Positions 61,673 through 64,000 of a DNA stretch of 64,000 nt are shown here, one piece after another. Source of the stretch: Chiloscyllium plagiosum (Eukaryota); NCBI RefSeq assembly GCF_004010195.1, contig NC_057718.1:49377239-49441238 (forward strand), given 5' to 3'. Position numbers and translations under genes: made by a program. The notes below the pieces were generated by a model that had not been told where the DNA came from, made no database searches, and worked only from the letters and a program-made list of their open reading frames with translations. Each line of letters opens with the position of its first letter. The stretch's first letter is position 1.

Positions 61673-62879
61673 TAAATTTGAATTTCAAAATTCAAACTTG
61701 CAGGTAAGGAGCAACAATTACTTTCTTTGCTGTGACTTTAACAGGCTGTTTTTCCAGCTTCCACCAGACATATCGGCTAAAAACTGTCTTTCAAGTTCCT
61801 GCTTCTGATCCAGTTGGAGATGTACCTGCCTCTCATATTGATTTTAGATAGCTTGATATTGTATAGTTTTTCAAGCCAACAGACAATATATCAAAACTGC
61901 CATCTAAATCACTTCAATAATTTCACATATTAAAGGGATTGTTGTCATAGCACAGATTCCAGACCAGACAGTGTACTTTTAACACAGTTACACAACATGT
62001 GATATTCCAGGTATGTAGTATCCACCTTACCTGTACACACTTTCTCTCATTTCAATGGATTCAGTGCAGTGCAGTTAGTTAGTCAGTTATGTGTATGCAA
62101 TGCACAGAAACATCAATAAGCATCAAACACAGATTATGCATAAATCTGTGATATTGTAGTAATGTAAATAGTCAGTGGTGTTAATAAACTTTGAGACATC
62201 AACTAGAAGCTGATTTTTGTGGAATATACACAACCATATCATTTTGCTGATGATATTTGGCCCAAGAAACCATATGAAGTATAGTCACAGAAAGCAATTT
62301 CTAGGTCACTTATTGCATGGTTTTAATGGGTAATTCAGGTCAATAATTTTATTGGTAGGAAAATAGGGCAAACAGAACGCACATCATCTCTCAACCTGAC
62401 TTATTATAACACATACATATTGTGACAAATATATCAATATGTGTTCTCTACTTCGGACAGTATTTTCACCGAGGGGTACTGTTAGCAATCCGGAAGTTCA
62501 GGCAAATGGGCCAGAAACTTGAGGTCAAATCTCATAACAAGGAGTTGGTGAATTTAGTTTCGCTTAATGACATATATGTGGAATAAAACACTAGTCCTTT
62601 AATAAGAATCATGAACCTCGTGGAGTGTCATTTTAAAAATTCTATATGGTCCTTCAAATTTGGCATTCTTACCTGAAATAGCCATTTCATGATGATGGAT
62701 CAGAACCTCACAGTACTTTGGACATTTTTATGGACTTGCAATTCCAGAATGTGTTTTTAAAAGAGGACTGATGCAGACAAAAGGGAACAAGGACTGTGAA
62801 TGCAAATTCAATGCTGACTGGTAATGCCCTCTGTGGGACGAATGGAATGTCACATCATCAATGGTGTCAAGGAAACACA

Positions 62880-63440
62880 TGGGCGATGCTATGTACCAAA
62901 AGTCTAGTCAAACAAGTGGCATCTAAAAAATGAAAAGCATTTTTGAGATCTAGGAAGCTATAGGGAAGAAATTCCAGAGATTGAGGTGTAGACAACTGAA
63001 GCTACAGCCGTAAATCGTGGAGTAATTAAAACTGGGAATGCTCAAGAGAGCCAGAATTAGACATGCATAAATATCTCTGGGTGGTGGAACTGGAGGAAAT
63101 TATGGAAAAGGGAAGGGGCAAGAAAATGAGGAATTGGAAAACAAGGATGAGAATTTTAATATTAGATTGTAGCTTGACTGGGAACCATCATGGGTCAGAA
63201 AGCAAACAGGTGGCAATAGAGCAGAGTTTTAGATGATTTCATATTTATGCAGAAGACCACCATCGAGCAGCAGTATGTTAAAGTGTAGAGGTAACAAGAG
63301 CCTGACTGAAAGCAGATGAACTGACACAGAGGTAAAGTCACTGCTGTGGGGATAGAAATAGGCTGTCTTAATGGTGGCAGAAAAATGAGATTGGAAACTC
63401 ATTTCAGGCTGCAAACAGACTGGAAATTAAAATCGGTCCA
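62880..63440 (-). mobile_element. Decayed L2 LINE 3' part
   Basis: ORF 63229-63414 PEMSFQSHF...KTAYFY...LHKYEII resembles the L2 ORF2 C-terminus. Confidence 0.75.
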
Positions 63441-64000
63441 TGATCCGTGACTGTTTCTGCTTTCAATGGCAACAGTGCTGGGTGGCTTTAAGCATCAGGT
63501 TCCACTGCTGTTGTGCAGTGATTCTATATAAGCTAAATACATCCATGAAGAGACTGACTGCATGCATGCCAAGGCTGATGTCACATTTTTCCCAAGTTAT
63601 ACAAATAATTAGTGACCTAATCTGCTGGGATTTTGGCCAGTCATTTTTAAACAAGCCTGACTTGTTTAAATCTCAGATTTGTTTTGCTTTCTTTGAATAG
63701 CTATCGCAATGACGCAGTATACTTTATTCAAAGGAGAAAGCTAAAGCTGATGCCACCCACTGCACTCATTCCACAGTCAGGTTACTGCAGATCCAACTCC
63801 CAGGATACATTCACACATTATGGCACAGTGGATGGTCACCATTATATCTCAATGCAAGGAAAAATAGAAGAGGTTGTATTAAATTGAAAGAATTATACTT
63901 TGGATGAGTCATGAAATGTTCTAATCCGAGTCCCAGCCTCACTTGTCTCACTCAGTAATGGAATTGGGTAGCAATGAATTTCATTGTTGTTGATAAGTAT

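Overview
Eukaryotic, AT-rich, repeat-dense DNA with no recognisable host protein-coding exon, so probably intergenic or deep intronic. The repeat families (HE1-type tRNA-SINEs sharing a tail with CR1 LINEs, Deu-domain SINEs, L2, Penelope-derived elements) point to a cartilaginous fish, most likely a shark (inference from recalled family motifs, not a search). Contents: many CR1 fragments of different ages, two L2 remnants, Gypsy remnants, a solo LTR with a 5-bp TSD, and a decayed Copia element resembling the GalEa clade. The Copia domains appear circularly permuted around one LTR (RT/RH-PPT-LTR-tRNAiMet PBS-gag-PR-INT). There is also a set of short Penelope-derived insertions carrying minimal hammerhead ribozyme cores (CUGANGA...GAAA, palindromic stem III), several built as long foldback hairpins with clean TSDs. 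A GC-rich 33/30-bp minisatellite with higher-order periodicity explains the long ORFs at 0.6-1.9 kb. Several repeat-free blocks look like conserved non-coding elements, but this cannot be confirmed without alignment. Boundaries of old repeats are approximate.
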